In this document: positions 9,378 through 20,000 of the stretch, in pieces
Numbering within the stretch: the first letter of the stretch is position 1
Layout of the letters: each line of letters starts with the position of its first letter
Position numbers and translations under genes: made by a program
Source: an uncultured delta proteobacterium
GTDB lineage: Bacteria > Myxococcota > Myxococcia > SLRQ01
DNA: 64,000 nt
Direction: 5' to 3'
Assembly: GCA_963727485.1 (NCBI GenBank)
Contig: CAVSGM010000002.1
Location: forward strand, 64,001 to 128,000
Notes under the pieces: model-generated
The model's input: the letters and a program-made list of their open reading frames with translations, nothing else
Databases searched by the model: none
What the model was told of the DNA's origin: nothing

Positions 9378-10607
9378 TCAGGCGGATGGTGCGGCTGGGG
9401 CGGGTTCGGGCTCGGCCCGGAGCTCGGCGAGGCGGCGGAGCGCGAGGATCCAGCTCCCCAGGTGCCGCAAGAGCGCGACCAGGCCGTTTACCAGAACGGC
9501 CCCGATGAGGCCCATCCGGGGCAGGAGGACGAACAGGAGCGCCAGATGGACCACCAGCAGGGCCACGTCGTAGACGAGGAGCTTGGTCAGCTGGGGTCGG
9601 AGGAAGCGGGTGGCGATGACCGAGCTGGGGACCACGTAGAGGACGCGGATGATGCCGACCACGGCGAGCGCGGGGATGAGATCGGCCACGCCGTCGTACT
9701 TCCCGGCGAAGAAGAGGTGGAGCACCGGGGGGCCGAGGAAGAGGTAGGCCACCGCGCCCAGGCCGGCGAGGGCGAGGGGCAGCAGGCACTCGCGCAGCAT
9801 GGAGACGTCACCGGCCCGCCCGAAGCGTGGGAGGAGCACGTACGCCAGCGCGGTGGTGAGCACGTCGAAGCCCATGAGCAGGCTGACGACCGCCGAGTAG
9901 GCTGCCATCCGCTCCAGTCCCAGGAGCCTGGGGACCAGCAGGCGATCCCAGTAGGTGGCGGCCAGGTAGAGGGCGCTCATGCCCCAGAAGAGCAGGGCGC
10001 CGGACCAGTAGACCGGCTCGAGGGGCGTCCGACCTCGCGGGAGGCGCCGCCAGGCCGTGAGGCCCGCGATGGCGGCGGCGGCGACGATCAGGCCCGCCCA
10101 GGCGAGCACCCACGCCCGGGCGGTCAGGAGCCCGGCGGCGAGGAGGGCGGCCCCGGCGACGGGCAGGGCCAGGCGAAACCCCTTCTCGGTGAGGACGCCG
10201 GTCCCCGGGCGCGCGTGCGCGCGGAGGAGGCCGGCGCCCACCGAGCGGAGGACGACGAGGCCCAGGGCGGCGAGCCCGGTCCCCGCCGCCGCCAGGGGGT
10301 CCACGCCGTAGACCGTGGCCAGGAGGACCGCCCCGACGGCCACGCTCACCACCGCCAGGGGCGCGGTCCGCCGGAAGGCTTGCAGCCAGTTCCAGTCGCC
10401 GAGGTCGCGGCTGGAGAACCAGCGGGCCACGGTCGAGGTGAGGCCGAAATCGGCGACCGCCAGCATCACCAGGGCGGCGCTGAAGCAGAGGCTGAGGACC
10501 CCGAAGACCGGCTTGGGGAGCGAGCGGCCGGCGAGGACGAGGAAGCCGAACCACGCGACGTTGGTCAGGCCGAGGATGGCCGCGACGCGGAGCACGCGGC
10601 GGGTCAT
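9378..10607 (-). CDS. Wzx-like polysaccharide flippase
   Basis: About 12 TM helices, ADFGL, DRLLV..LLG....AAYS, LLP.MGLIGA; start MTRRVL overlaps the wecB stop. Confidence 0.8.
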   Translation of the reverse strand: MTRRVLRVAAILGLTNVAWFGFLVLAGRSLPKPVFGVLSLCFSAALVMLAVADFGLTSTVARWFSSRDLGDWNWLQAFRRTAPLAVVSVAVGAVLLATVYGVDPLAAAGTGLAALGLVVLRSVGAGLLRAHARPGTGVLTEKGFRLALPVAGAALLAAGLLTARAWVLAWAGLIVAAAAIAGLTAWRRLPRGRTPLEPVYWSGALLFWGMSALYLAATYWDRLLVPRLLGLERMAAYSAVVSLLMGFDVLTTALAYVLLPRFGRAGDVSMLRECLLPLALAGLGAVAYLFLGPPVLHLFFAGKYDGVADLIPALAVVGIIRVLYVVPSSVIATRFLRPQLTKLLVYDVALLVVHLALLFVLLPRMGLIGAVLVNGLVALLRHLGSWILALRRLAELRAEPEPAPAAPSA

Positions 10608-11749
10608 GCACCCTCGCGGGCCTCGAGGAAGCGGGCCACGATGTCCGCGATGCGCGCGGCGGATCGTCCGTCCCCGAAGGGGTTGGCGGGGAGCGCCCCG
10701 GTCGAGGCCCTGGCCAGGCGGGCGTCCGCCCGGGCCACGATGACCTCGGGATCGGAGCCCACGAGGTCGGCGGTGCCCGCCGCCACGGCCTCCGGACGCT
10801 CGGTGTTGTCCCGGGCCACGAGCACCGGGGTCCCCACCGACGGCGCCTCTTCCTGCACGCCGCCGGAGTCGGAGATCGCCAGGTCGGCGGCGGCCAGGAC
10901 CTGGCAGAAGTCGGGGTAGGGCAGCGGCGCGGTGACCCGGACCCGGGGGTGCTCGAGGAGCGAGGAGAGGTTCCGGGCCACCTCGGGGTTGGGGTGGAGA
11001 GGCAGCAGCACCCAGGCCTCGGGCCGGTCGGCGAGGATCCGCTCGATGGCCTGGGCCACGCGCCGGTGGGGCGCCCCGAAGTTCTCCCGGCGGTGGAGGG
11101 TCACCAGGATGAGGGGGCCGGCCCCGGGCGGCCCCTCGAGGCACGCGGGCGAGGGCCGGTTCGAACCCACCTCGGCGAGGAGGGCGTCGACCACGGTGTT
11201 CCCCACCAGGTGCACGGCGTCGGCGTCCACGCCCTCTCCGAGGAGCGCCTGCCGGGCACGCTCGGTGGGCGCGAAGTGAAGCGACGCCAGCCGCGACGTG
11301 AGCAGCCGGTTCGCCTCCTCGGGGAAGGGCGACGCCCGATCGCCCGAGCGGAGCCCCGCCTCGACGTGGGCGATGGCCACCCGCTGGTAGAAGGCGGCGA
11401 GGGCACAGGTGAAGGTCGTCGTGGTGTCCCCCTGGACCACCAGGAGATCCGGCTGCTCCGCCTCGAGGACCGGCGTCACCGCCCCCAGGATGCGGGCGGT
11501 GAGGTCGGGGAGGGTCTGGGCCTCGCGCATCAGGTCCAGGTCCCGGTCCGCCTCCAGGCCGAAGTGGGCCATCATCTGGTCGAGCATCTCGCGGTGCTGC
11601 GCCGTCACCAGGATGCCCACCTCGGGCGGATGCGGCAGCGCGCGGAGCGCCGAGACCACGGGGGCGAGCTTGATGACCTCCGGCCGGGTGCCAAAGGCGA
11701 CGAGAATTCGGGGACGACGCGGAGCCATCGGGTGGGAACGCACTACCAC
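10604..11749 (-). CDS. wecB: UDP-N-acetylglucosamine 2-epimerase (non-hydrolysing)
   Basis: FGTRPEVIK, QGDTTT, HVEAGLRS, PFPEEANR, TLHRREN, SDSGGVQEEA, NPFGDG; start may be ATG 11728. Confidence 0.93.
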   Translation of the reverse strand: MVVRSHPMAPRRPRILVAFGTRPEVIKLAPVVSALRALPHPPEVGILVTAQHREMLDQMMAHFGLEADRDLDLMREAQTLPDLTARILGAVTPVLEAEQPDLLVVQGDTTTTFTCALAAFYQRVAIAHVEAGLRSGDRASPFPEEANRLLTSRLASLHFAPTERARQALLGEGVDADAVHLVGNTVVDALLAEVGSNRPSPACLEGPPGAGPLILVTLHRRENFGAPHRRVAQAIERILADRPEAWVLLPLHPNPEVARNLSSLLEHPRVRVTAPLPYPDFCQVLAAADLAISDSGGVQEEAPSVGTPVLVARDNTERPEAVAAGTADLVGSDPEVIVARADARLARASTGALPANPFGDGRSAARIADIVARFLEAREGA

Positions 11750-11771
11750 AACTCCGCGCCGGACGAGAGGA

Positions 11772-13433
11772 TCAGGGAGGCGGGGAGGTTGCCAGGAGCC
11801 GCCCCGCCAGGGGCGGCCGCGCGTAGACCCGGGTGTCGTCGGAGGGGAACCGGGCGACGAGGCGGAACCCGTCGAGCCGGCCGGCGAGGAGGTCCGCGTA
11901 GTCCCGGTGGATGGCCAGGTAGACCTTCGGGCCCCAGCGGTTGGAGTTGGCCAGCGACGGGTCGGCGAACCGGCCGCGGATGTGCTGGTTGGTGACGATC
12001 ACCGCCGGTGCGACCTGGTGCAGCTCCCGGGGGCGAAGGCCCCAGGTCGCCACCGAGCGGGGGAACCGCTCCGGCACGTAGGTGTAGTGGTCGAAGATGA
12101 GTGGGGTGTCAGGGGGCACGTGGGTGTCGAGCCAGCGGCCGACGGCGATGCGCGGGTCCCGCATGACGGAGCGGCGGGTCTCGCTCGCCCTGGCCAGGTG
12201 GGGGAACCGCAGGGGGATGGCGACCAGGCCCCAGACCGCCACCGCCACCAGGGCGCTCGCCCGGAGGCGGGGACGGGGCAGCGCCGCGGCGGCGTCGAAG
12301 AGGGCGGCGGCGGAGAAGGCGGCCACGAAGGGCACTGCCGGGAAGAGGAATCGTGGTGCGAAGTCTCGCATCCCGTGGAGGAGGAAGCCGAGGTAGAGGG
12401 CTCCCACGCTCGCGGTGGCGGCGTAGCCGAACGCCCGCGGCGCGGTCAGCGCGAGCGCGTCCCGGCGCAGCCAGAGCCAGACGGCGAAGGCGGGCCCGAG
12501 GAGGAACGCGACCCCGGTGACCGGGCCGACCAGGGCCGGACCGCAGAGGAGGGTGAGCCAGGTGGAGGCGGGTCCGGTGCTCCGGAGGAAGTGCCCGAAG
12601 GCGTGCCAGGACCGCTGCACCGAGATGGCGTGCAGGTAGACGTGCCCGGCCACCAGGAAGCGGGGGTGCGCGGCGAGCGCGGCCCCCAGGAAGACGGCGC
12701 CGGCGCGCAGGCCCTGGCCGCCCACCTCCCGGGCCATCTCCCGGGTCGAGGCGCCGTGGCGGCGACGGGCGACCACCACCACGGCGCCGGCGATGGCGGG
12801 CACCAGGAAGGCTCCGGCGTACTTGGTGGCCAGGGCGAGACCGGCGAGGGCCGCGGCCCAGAGGAGGGACCGGCGCCGGTCCTCGGCCACGTAGCCGATG
12901 AGGACCAGGATGGACGCGACCATGAGGGCGGTCTGGAGCGTGTCCGGGTGCGCCACCACCGAGAAGGTGAAGTACCGGGGCGAGGTCGCGAGGATGCCGG
13001 CGGCCACCAGGGCCGCGGACCACCGTCCCGAGAGACGCCGGGCGAGGAGGCCGGTCAGGAGGAGGGTGGCCGCGCCGCCGACGGCGGACACGGTCCGGGT
13101 GACCAGGAGGGACGCATGGGGCAGACCCACCCCGAAGGCATGGACGAGGAGGGTGAGCAGCGCCGAGAGGTTGAAGTAGAGGCCCGGGTAGAAGGCGTGG
13201 TGGTAGTCGAGGGTGTGCCGGGTCAGCATGTGCACCACGCCGGCGGCGTTGCCCCCGTCGTCCGAGATGAAGATCCCCGCGAGACGGGGGCTCGCGGAGG
13301 CGACGCCCACCAGCGAGAGCGCGTAGCCGAGCCAGGCGAGGCACAGGGCCCCGAGGGCGGCGGGGCCGAGACGGTCGACGAACCTCGAGCTGGACCGGGG
13401 ACGGTTGGGTGACACGGCGGATCCCGATATCAC
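11772..13433 (-). CDS. ArnT/PMT-like GT-C membrane glycosyltransferase
   Basis: Acidic DD in the first loop, FYPGLY, RTVSA, HPD, GLALATKY, RFLFP and a soluble C-terminal domain; start approximate (GTG 13433 or 13415), since the track start at 13595 overlaps the divergent gene. Confidence 0.75.
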   Translation of the reverse strand: MISGSAVSPNRPRSSSRFVDRLGPAALGALCLAWLGYALSLVGVASASPRLAGIFISDDGGNAAGVVHMLTRHTLDYHHAFYPGLYFNLSALLTLLVHAFGVGLPHASLLVTRTVSAVGGAATLLLTGLLARRLSGRWSAALVAAGILATSPRYFTFSVVAHPDTLQTALMVASILVLIGYVAEDRRRSLLWAAALAGLALATKYAGAFLVPAIAGAVVVVARRRHGASTREMAREVGGQGLRAGAVFLGAALAAHPRFLVAGHVYLHAISVQRSWHAFGHFLRSTGPASTWLTLLCGPALVGPVTGVAFLLGPAFAVWLWLRRDALALTAPRAFGYAATASVGALYLGFLLHGMRDFAPRFLFPAVPFVAAFSAAALFDAAAALPRPRLRASALVAVAVWGLVAIPLRFPHLARASETRRSVMRDPRIAVGRWLDTHVPPDTPLIFDHYTYVPERFPRSVATWGLRPRELHQVAPAVIVTNQHIRGRFADPSLANSNRWGPKVYLAIHRDYADLLAGRLDGFRLVARFPSDDTRVYARPPLAGRLLATSPPP

Positions 13434-13575
13434 AACGGCCCCCCGGGTGATACCCGAGGGAACCGCTTCGGGTGCCGCTCGGGCGACGCCCGTTGACCGC
13501 TTTCCCGCCCCGGTGGTACCACCCGCCTCGCCGGATCGGCGCAGTGCGTCGTAGGCCGGGGCGGAAGGGACACCC

Positions 13576-14607
13576 ATGACGAACGTCGGCATCATCGGTT
13601 GTGGCTACTGGGGCCCGAACCTGCTCCGGAACCTGGCGTCGCACCCCCGGGCCCGGGTCGCCGGGGTCGCGGACCGCAGCCCCGAGCGCCGGGCCTTCGT
13701 CTCCGGGAAGTACCCGGCCGTCCGCACCCTCGAGGGCCACGAGCAGCTCCTCGCCGACCCGGAGGTCGAGGCGGTCATCGTCGCCACCCCGGCGGCGACC
13801 CACGGGCGCCTCGCCCTCGAGGCCCTCGAGGCGGGCAAGCACGTCCTGGTGGAGAAGCCGCTCGCCATGAGCGTCGCCGAGGCCGAGGCCCTGGTGGCGG
13901 CGGCCAAGGCGCGGAACCTGGTGCTCATGGCCGGGCACACCTTCCTGTTCAACGCCGCGGTGGAGGCGCTCAAGGGCTACGTCGACGACGGCACCCTGGG
14001 CGAGCCCTACTACCTCTACAGCCAGCGGCTGAACCTGGGCATCGTCCGCAGCGACGTGAACGCCCTGTGGAACCTGGCGCCCCACGACGTCTCCATCGTC
14101 CTCCACCTCTTCGGGGGGCTGCCGACCTCGGTGTCGGCCACCGGCGCCTGCTACCTGCAGGAGGGCATCGAGGACGTGGTGTTCATGAACCTGCGCTACG
14201 GCGACGGGCGGCTGGCCCACGTCCACGTGAGCTGGCTCGACCCGGGCAAGGTCCGGCGGATGACCGTGGTCGGCTCCCGGAAGATGGTGGTCTACGACGA
14301 CGTCGCCGACGCCAAGATCGCCGTCTACGACAAGGGCATCGACCGCCACCCGGTGGGCGCGGACCGCTCGCCGGTGTCCCAGCCCACCGAGTTCGCCGCC
14401 CACCAGCTGGTCAAGCGCGCCGGCGACGTGCACCTCCCGGACATCGCCTTCACCGAGCCGCTCGCCCGCGAGGTCGACCACTTCGTCCACTGCATCGAGA
14501 CCGGCGAGGCGCCCCTCACCGGCCCGAAGAACGGCCTCGACGTCGTCCGCGTCCTCGAGGCGGCCACCCACTCCCTGGCGCGGGGCGGCGCCGAGATCTC
14601 CCTCTGA
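13576..14607 (+). CDS. Gfo/Idh/MocA family oxidoreductase (paralog of 3068-4120)
   Basis: [29 protein letters not shown]. Confidence 0.9.
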   Translation: MTNVGIIGCGYWGPNLLRNLASHPRARVAGVADRSPERRAFVSGKYPAVRTLEGHEQLLADPEVEAVIVATPAATHGRLALEALEAGKHVLVEKPLAMSVAEAEALVAAAKARNLVLMAGHTFLFNAAVEALKGYVDDGTLGEPYYLYSQRLNLGIVRSDVNALWNLAPHDVSIVLHLFGGLPTSVSATGACYLQEGIEDVVFMNLRYGDGRLAHVHVSWLDPGKVRRMTVVGSRKMVVYDDVADAKIAVYDKGIDRHPVGADRSPVSQPTEFAAHQLVKRAGDVHLPDIAFTEPLAREVDHFVHCIETGEAPLTGPKNGLDVVRVLEAATHSLARGGAEISL

Positions 14608-14627
14608 ACCTCCCCGGAGTTTCCACC

Positions 14628-15746
14628 ATGTCGAGCATCCCCTTCGTCGATCTCAAGGCCCAGTACGCCGCCATCAAGGACGAGGTCGACCCGGCCATCG
14701 CGCGGATCATCGCCCACACCGCCTTCGTGGGAGGGCAGGAGGTCGCCGACCTCGAGCGCGAGTTCGCCGCCTACTGCGAGGTCGCGCACTGCGTGGGCGT
14801 GGGCAACGGCACCGACGCCCTCTACCTGGCCCTGCGCGGCCTGGGCATCGGCGCCGGCGACGAGGTGATCACCGTCCCCAACACCTTCATCGCCACCACC
14901 GAGGCCATCAGCCAGACCGGCGCCACGGTGGTCTTCGTCGACGCCGACCCGGACACCTACCTCATGGACCCGGCCAAGGTGGAGGCGGCGATCACCCCCA
15001 AGACCAAGGCGCTCCTGCCGGTGCACCTCTACGGCCAGCCGGTGGACATGACGGCCCTGCGGAAGATCGCCGACGCCCACGGCCTCAAGCTCATCGAGGA
15101 CGCGGCCCAGGCCCACGGCGCCCGGGACCAGGGCCAGCGGGTGGGGAGCCTCGGCGACGTCGCCTGCTTCTCCTTCTACCCGGGGAAGAACCTCGGGGCC
15201 TACGGCGACGCCGGCGCGGTGGTCACCAACGACGCCGAGCTCGCCGAGCGGGTGCGCCGCCTCTCGAACCACGGCCGCCTCGAGAAGTACACCCACGAGA
15301 TGGAGGGGGTGAACAGCCGCCTCGACGGGATCCAGGCGGCGGTGCTGCGGGTGAAGCTGAAGCACATCGACGACTGGAACGGCCAGCGCCGGGCCGCGGC
15401 GGCCACCTACGACCGGCTGCTCGCCGAGGTGCCCGGGGTGAAGACGCCCAAGGTCCGGGACGGCGTCGAGCCCGTCTACCACCTCTACGTCATCGAGTGC
15501 CCGGACCGGGACGGCCTCTCCGAGCACCTCAAGGCCCAGGGCATCGCCAGCGGCATCCACTACCCCCTGCCCCTCCACCGCCAGCCCGCCTACGCCCACC
15601 TCGGGATCCCCGAGGGCACCTTCCCGGGGGTGGAGTCCGGCTGCCCGAAGCTCCTGTCGCTGCCCATGTTCCCCGAGCTCGGGGAGGCCGGCGCCGAGCG
15701 GGTGGCGGCGGCCGTCGCCGAGTTCGCCAAGGCCCAGGGCTGGTAG
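14628..15746 (+). CDS. DegT/DnrJ/EryC1/StrS PLP-dependent sugar aminotransferase
   Basis: [51 protein letters not shown]; start MSSIPF at 14628. Confidence 0.93.
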   Translation: MSSIPFVDLKAQYAAIKDEVDPAIARIIAHTAFVGGQEVADLEREFAAYCEVAHCVGVGNGTDALYLALRGLGIGAGDEVITVPNTFIATTEAISQTGATVVFVDADPDTYLMDPAKVEAAITPKTKALLPVHLYGQPVDMTALRKIADAHGLKLIEDAAQAHGARDQGQRVGSLGDVACFSFYPGKNLGAYGDAGAVVTNDAELAERVRRLSNHGRLEKYTHEMEGVNSRLDGIQAAVLRVKLKHIDDWNGQRRAAAATYDRLLAEVPGVKTPKVRDGVEPVYHLYVIECPDRDGLSEHLKAQGIASGIHYPLPLHRQPAYAHLGIPEGTFPGVESGCPKLLSLPMFPELGEAGAERVAAAVAEFAKAQGW

Positions 15747-17044
15747 TGCGGGTCGTCTCGGTCGCCTTCACCTTCTACGTCCGCGACGGGCGGGTGCGCC
15801 GGGCTTGCGAGGCCCTGGCCGCCCGGGGCGACCAGGTGACGGTGATCTCGCTGGCCGAGGCGGGCCGGCCCGACCGGGAGGAGATCGCGGGGGTCGAGGT
15901 CTGGCGCGTCCCGGTGTCGCGCCGGTCGCTCACCACCCACCAGACCCGGGCCCGCTACCTCCAGGAGTACGCGGCCTTCGGGGCGGCGGTGGCGCGGGCG
16001 CTGGCGGCGCTCCAGCGCCAGGGGCCGGTGGACCTGGTCCACGTGAACAACATGCCCGACGCCCTGGTCTTCGCGGCGCTCGGGGCGATGCGCCGGCGGG
16101 TGCCGGTGCTCCTCGACGTCCACGACCTGATGCCGGACCTGTTCGTGAACAAGTTCGGCGGTGACGGCGGCGGGCTCCTCGCCCGGGCGCTGGTGGCCCA
16201 GGTGCGCGCCTCGGCGGCGCTGGCCGACGGGGTCCTCACCGTCCACGACGAGGCCGCGGACCTCCTCGCGGCCTACGGGGTGCCCCGGGAGCGCATCCAC
16301 GTGGTCCTCAACGCCGCCGACGACGCGGTCTTCACCTGGCGCGGCTTCAAGGCGCCCGGTGACGACTTCGTCCTCGCCTACCACGGCTCGGTGTCGAGGC
16401 GGCACGGCCTGGACCTCGCCCTCGAGGCCCTGGCCCGGGTCCGCAATCGGCTGCCCCCCGGGACCCGCCTGAAGATCCTCGGGGAGGGCGACGCGGTGGA
16501 CGAGGTCGCCGCCCTGCGCACCCGCCTCGGCCTCGAGGATCTCGTCGAGCTCACCCCCCACTTCGTCCCCGTCGAGGAGATCCCGGCGTTCCTCGCCGAC
16601 GTGGACCTGGCCCTGGCCCCCTACCGCCAGGACCCGGCCACCGAGCTGATGCTCCCCTGCAAGCTCTTCGACCTGGGGAGCGTGGGCATCCCGGTGGTCC
16701 TGTCGCGGCTGGCGTGCGTCTCCCGGTACTTCGACGAGGGCGCGGTGACCTACGTCCCCGCCGGCGACGTCGGCGCCCTCGGCGAGGCCCTCGTCGCCCT
16801 GGCGAACGACCCCGCGCGCCGGCGCCGGCAGGTCGGCGCCCTCCACGCCCGCACCGACGCCCTCTCGTGGCCGGTGCAGCGCGCGGCCTACCTGGACCTG
16901 GTCGACGACCTGGTGGCCCGGGGCGGCCGGGGCCCGGCGCGGGCGGTGGCGGCGGCCGGGGCCGAGGGGATCCGGGGGCTGTTGCGCCGGCCGGTCACCG
17001 CGGCGACGACCCTCGGGGCGCCAGGACCCACGGCGGCCCGGTGA
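15746..17044 (+). CDS. Glycosyltransferase family 4
   Basis: GTG start overlaps the upstream TAG; DGRVRR, HVNNMPD, LDVHDLMPDLF, RHGLD, PCKLFD. Confidence 0.85.
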   Translation: MRVVSVAFTFYVRDGRVRRACEALAARGDQVTVISLAEAGRPDREEIAGVEVWRVPVSRRSLTTHQTRARYLQEYAAFGAAVARALAALQRQGPVDLVHVNNMPDALVFAALGAMRRRVPVLLDVHDLMPDLFVNKFGGDGGGLLARALVAQVRASAALADGVLTVHDEAADLLAAYGVPRERIHVVLNAADDAVFTWRGFKAPGDDFVLAYHGSVSRRHGLDLALEALARVRNRLPPGTRLKILGEGDAVDEVAALRTRLGLEDLVELTPHFVPVEEIPAFLADVDLALAPYRQDPATELMLPCKLFDLGSVGIPVVLSRLACVSRYFDEGAVTYVPAGDVGALGEALVALANDPARRRRQVGALHARTDALSWPVQRAAYLDLVDDLVARGGRGPARAVAAAGAEGIRGLLRRPVTAATTLGAPGPTAAR

Positions 17045-20000
17045 CCTTCAGCCGGACGACGCCCGGGTCGCGCTTCCGGTAGGCGACCAGGGACCCGGCG
17101 CCGTCGGAGATGAGCCACCGGGCGCCCCCGGGGAGGGGCACCGCCGCCGTCCTGGGGGCCGGGGCCTCGGCCCCGCTGGCGTCCGGTGCCAGGGCCAGGC
17201 GAGCGGCTCCGTCGTCGCCGAGGGCCACGACCACCGTGTGGCCGTCGACCGCGACCGGCGCCAGGGAGGTGACGCCGACGCCCCCGGGGGCCGGGAAGCG
17301 GAGGTGGGGCCGGAGGTGGCCATGTTTCAGGGTGTAGACGACAATCGTGGGCGGCGCCCCGCTGCCGCCCCGGGCGATCAGCAGCTCGTCGCGGCCGTCG
17401 CCGTCGAGGTCGGCCGCCGCGAGGGTCCGGAACGGACCGCCGGTGGGGATCGACCAGGTAACCCACCGACTTGAGGACGCGGCCCCGGGCGGCCATGACG
17501 ATCACCCGGTGGTCGAGGTTCCGGGCGAGCGCCACCGCCTCGGGGCGGTGGGCGCCCTGGAACCGTCCCACGGCGAGCCCCACGAAATGGCTCCCGGCGC
17601 CGAAGTCGAAGCGCGGCCCGGGGCGGCCGGCGGCGTCGAGGAGGAAGAGGTCTCCGTCCCAGGCGTTGACCAGGGCGTAGCGCGCCGAGGGCCCGAGGTC
17701 GCCGGCCCCAATCCCCGCCCAGCGCAGCCCCCCGAGGCGGCCGCCGCCGAGGCCGGCGAGGTGCAGGTTCTCCAGGGGGAAGGGCGGCGCCGCCGGGCCC
17801 AGCCGCGGGCCGGAGACGAGGTCGCGGACCCGGAAGCGCCCGGTGGCGCCGTTCGCCGCGTAGGCCACCAGGCCGTCCCCGTCCCGGCCGGCGCCGAGGA
17901 GGGGCTCGCAGGCGTCGCCGACCCCGTCCCGGTCGCTGTCGAGCTGGCTCGGGTCGTAGCGCAGGCAGTCGTCGACGCCGTCGGGGATGCCGTCGTGGTC
18001 CCGGTCCCGGCCGGCGAGGAGGCGCGCGGCGAGGGCGGCGCGGTTCTCCCGGCCGTCCTTGGCGCGGCCGAGGTCCACGGCGACCACCTGCCCGGACGCC
18101 GGATCCACCAGGGGCGCCCCGGGGGGGCCGGAGCCGTCGCAGTCGTCGAGGATCACCGGGCCGTCGACCCGGCGCACCCGGCAGGTGGTGACCTGCTCCC
18201 GGGTCACCCGCCACAGGAGCTGCCCGGCCTTCGGGGGGCGGGTGGCGATGGCCCGGCTGGCGCCGGCGAGGTCCACCAGGTCGCGCCCGGGCCCGGCGGC
18301 GCGGCAGCGTACGGCGGCGAGGTCGGCGCCCGGGACCCGGTCCACGGCGCGGAGGCAGCGCACCGTCCCCTTGCCCACGGTCACCCGGCCGAGCAACACG
18401 CTCCCGCACCGGTCGGTGGTGAGCACCGACCGGCCCCCGAGGACCGTGGCCCAGCAGCGCCGGCCGCTCAGCGGAGCCCCATAGGACACCACCGCCGCGG
18501 CGGCGATCCGCCTGGGGTCCTGGGGCGAGAGGGCCGACACCGGCACCCGATCGTCGTGGCCCACCACCACCGGCCCGCTCTGCTTCCAGGGCAGGAGGTG
18601 CACCGGCGGGGCCTCGATGCCGTGGGTCATGGCCCCGGCGGCGACGGCCACCAGGGCGACCCCGGCGATCCCCGGCCACCCGAAGGGCGAGAGGAAGAGG
18701 ACCCGGAAGGCCAGCGCCACCGCGAGGATGGTCAGGGCCGAGGCGGGGATCCAGGGGCCCGCCGCCTGGGGGACGCCCGCGGCCGGCGCCAGCACCCTGG
18801 CTACCAGGATCCAGGCGCCGAGGGCGGTGACGGCGGCGAGGAGGAGGCTCCAGGTGAAGCCGTCGGCCCGGAGGCGGCGCCGGAGCGAGGGGAAGATGCC
18901 CACGAAGAACCCGGCCCCGGCGAGGGCGAAGAGCGCCCCTACGCGGATCGACGACCCGGCGCCGGTGAAGAAGCCACCGGCGCCGAGGCTGGGGTCCCAC
19001 CGGCCCTGGGTGAAGCCCACGAGGATCCCCAGGCCCGCGGGGACGGCGACCCCGGCGACCCCGGCGAGGGTCGGCCGCGGCAGGGGCGCCTCCCGGGTCC
19101 AGGCGACGACGGCGAGGCCGGCGGCGAAGGCGAAGACCAGGCCGTAGAAGACCTCTCCGTCGAACCAGGGCGTCTGGCCCACCCCGGTGGCGAGGATCCC
19201 GGCGACGGCGGCGATGGCCCCGAAGCCGAGCGCCGCCCCCAGGCGGTCGCCGGCGGCCCGGGCCCTCCGGTAGGCCGGGACCGTCGCCATGAAGAAGGCG
19301 ACGAAGAGCCAGAGGAAGGCGGCCAGGCCCAGGGCGCCGGTGGTGGCCCACCAGTGGATCACCGTGTTGTGGGCGTGGGTCCGCATGGGGAAGGCGGCGT
19401 CCCAGCGGTCGAAGTACCAGCCCGTGGCGGCGACGTAGTGGCCGTTGCCCACCCCGGTGGCCGGGGCGTCGCCGGCCATCTCCAGGCTGTGGGCCCACAT
19501 GAACACCCGGTCGCGGTTGTGGCTGTAGTCGAGGTGGAAGGTGGTCGCGGCCTTCGCCCGGACGGCGGGCATCGCCAGGACCAGGACGGTGAGGACCACC
19601 GCGCCCCAGGCGACGGCGAGGGCGAAGGCCCGGCGGCTCCGGGCGAGGGCCGCGGCGGCGAGGCCGGCGAGGAGGCCGATCCAGGCGGCGCGCACCTCGG
19701 TGAAGGCGAGGGCCACCAGGGCCGGGGCGGCGGCGGCGGCGACCAGGGTTCGGCGCCACCCTCCCCGGACGAGCTCCACCGCGGCGGCGGCGAAGAAGGC
19801 CAGGGTGGTCACCCAGACCATGGAGAGGGTGGAGTAGGCGTTGAACAGGCCGCTGACCCGGTAGCGGCCGGGGGTGACGCCCGAGCGCGGGAGCACCACG
19901 GCCGTGCCGTGGCGCAGGAGGTCGACCCCGGTGAACCGCTGGACGATGGCGTAGACGCTCACCGCCCCCGTGACCCCCAGGAGCGCCACGAGGCCCCGGC

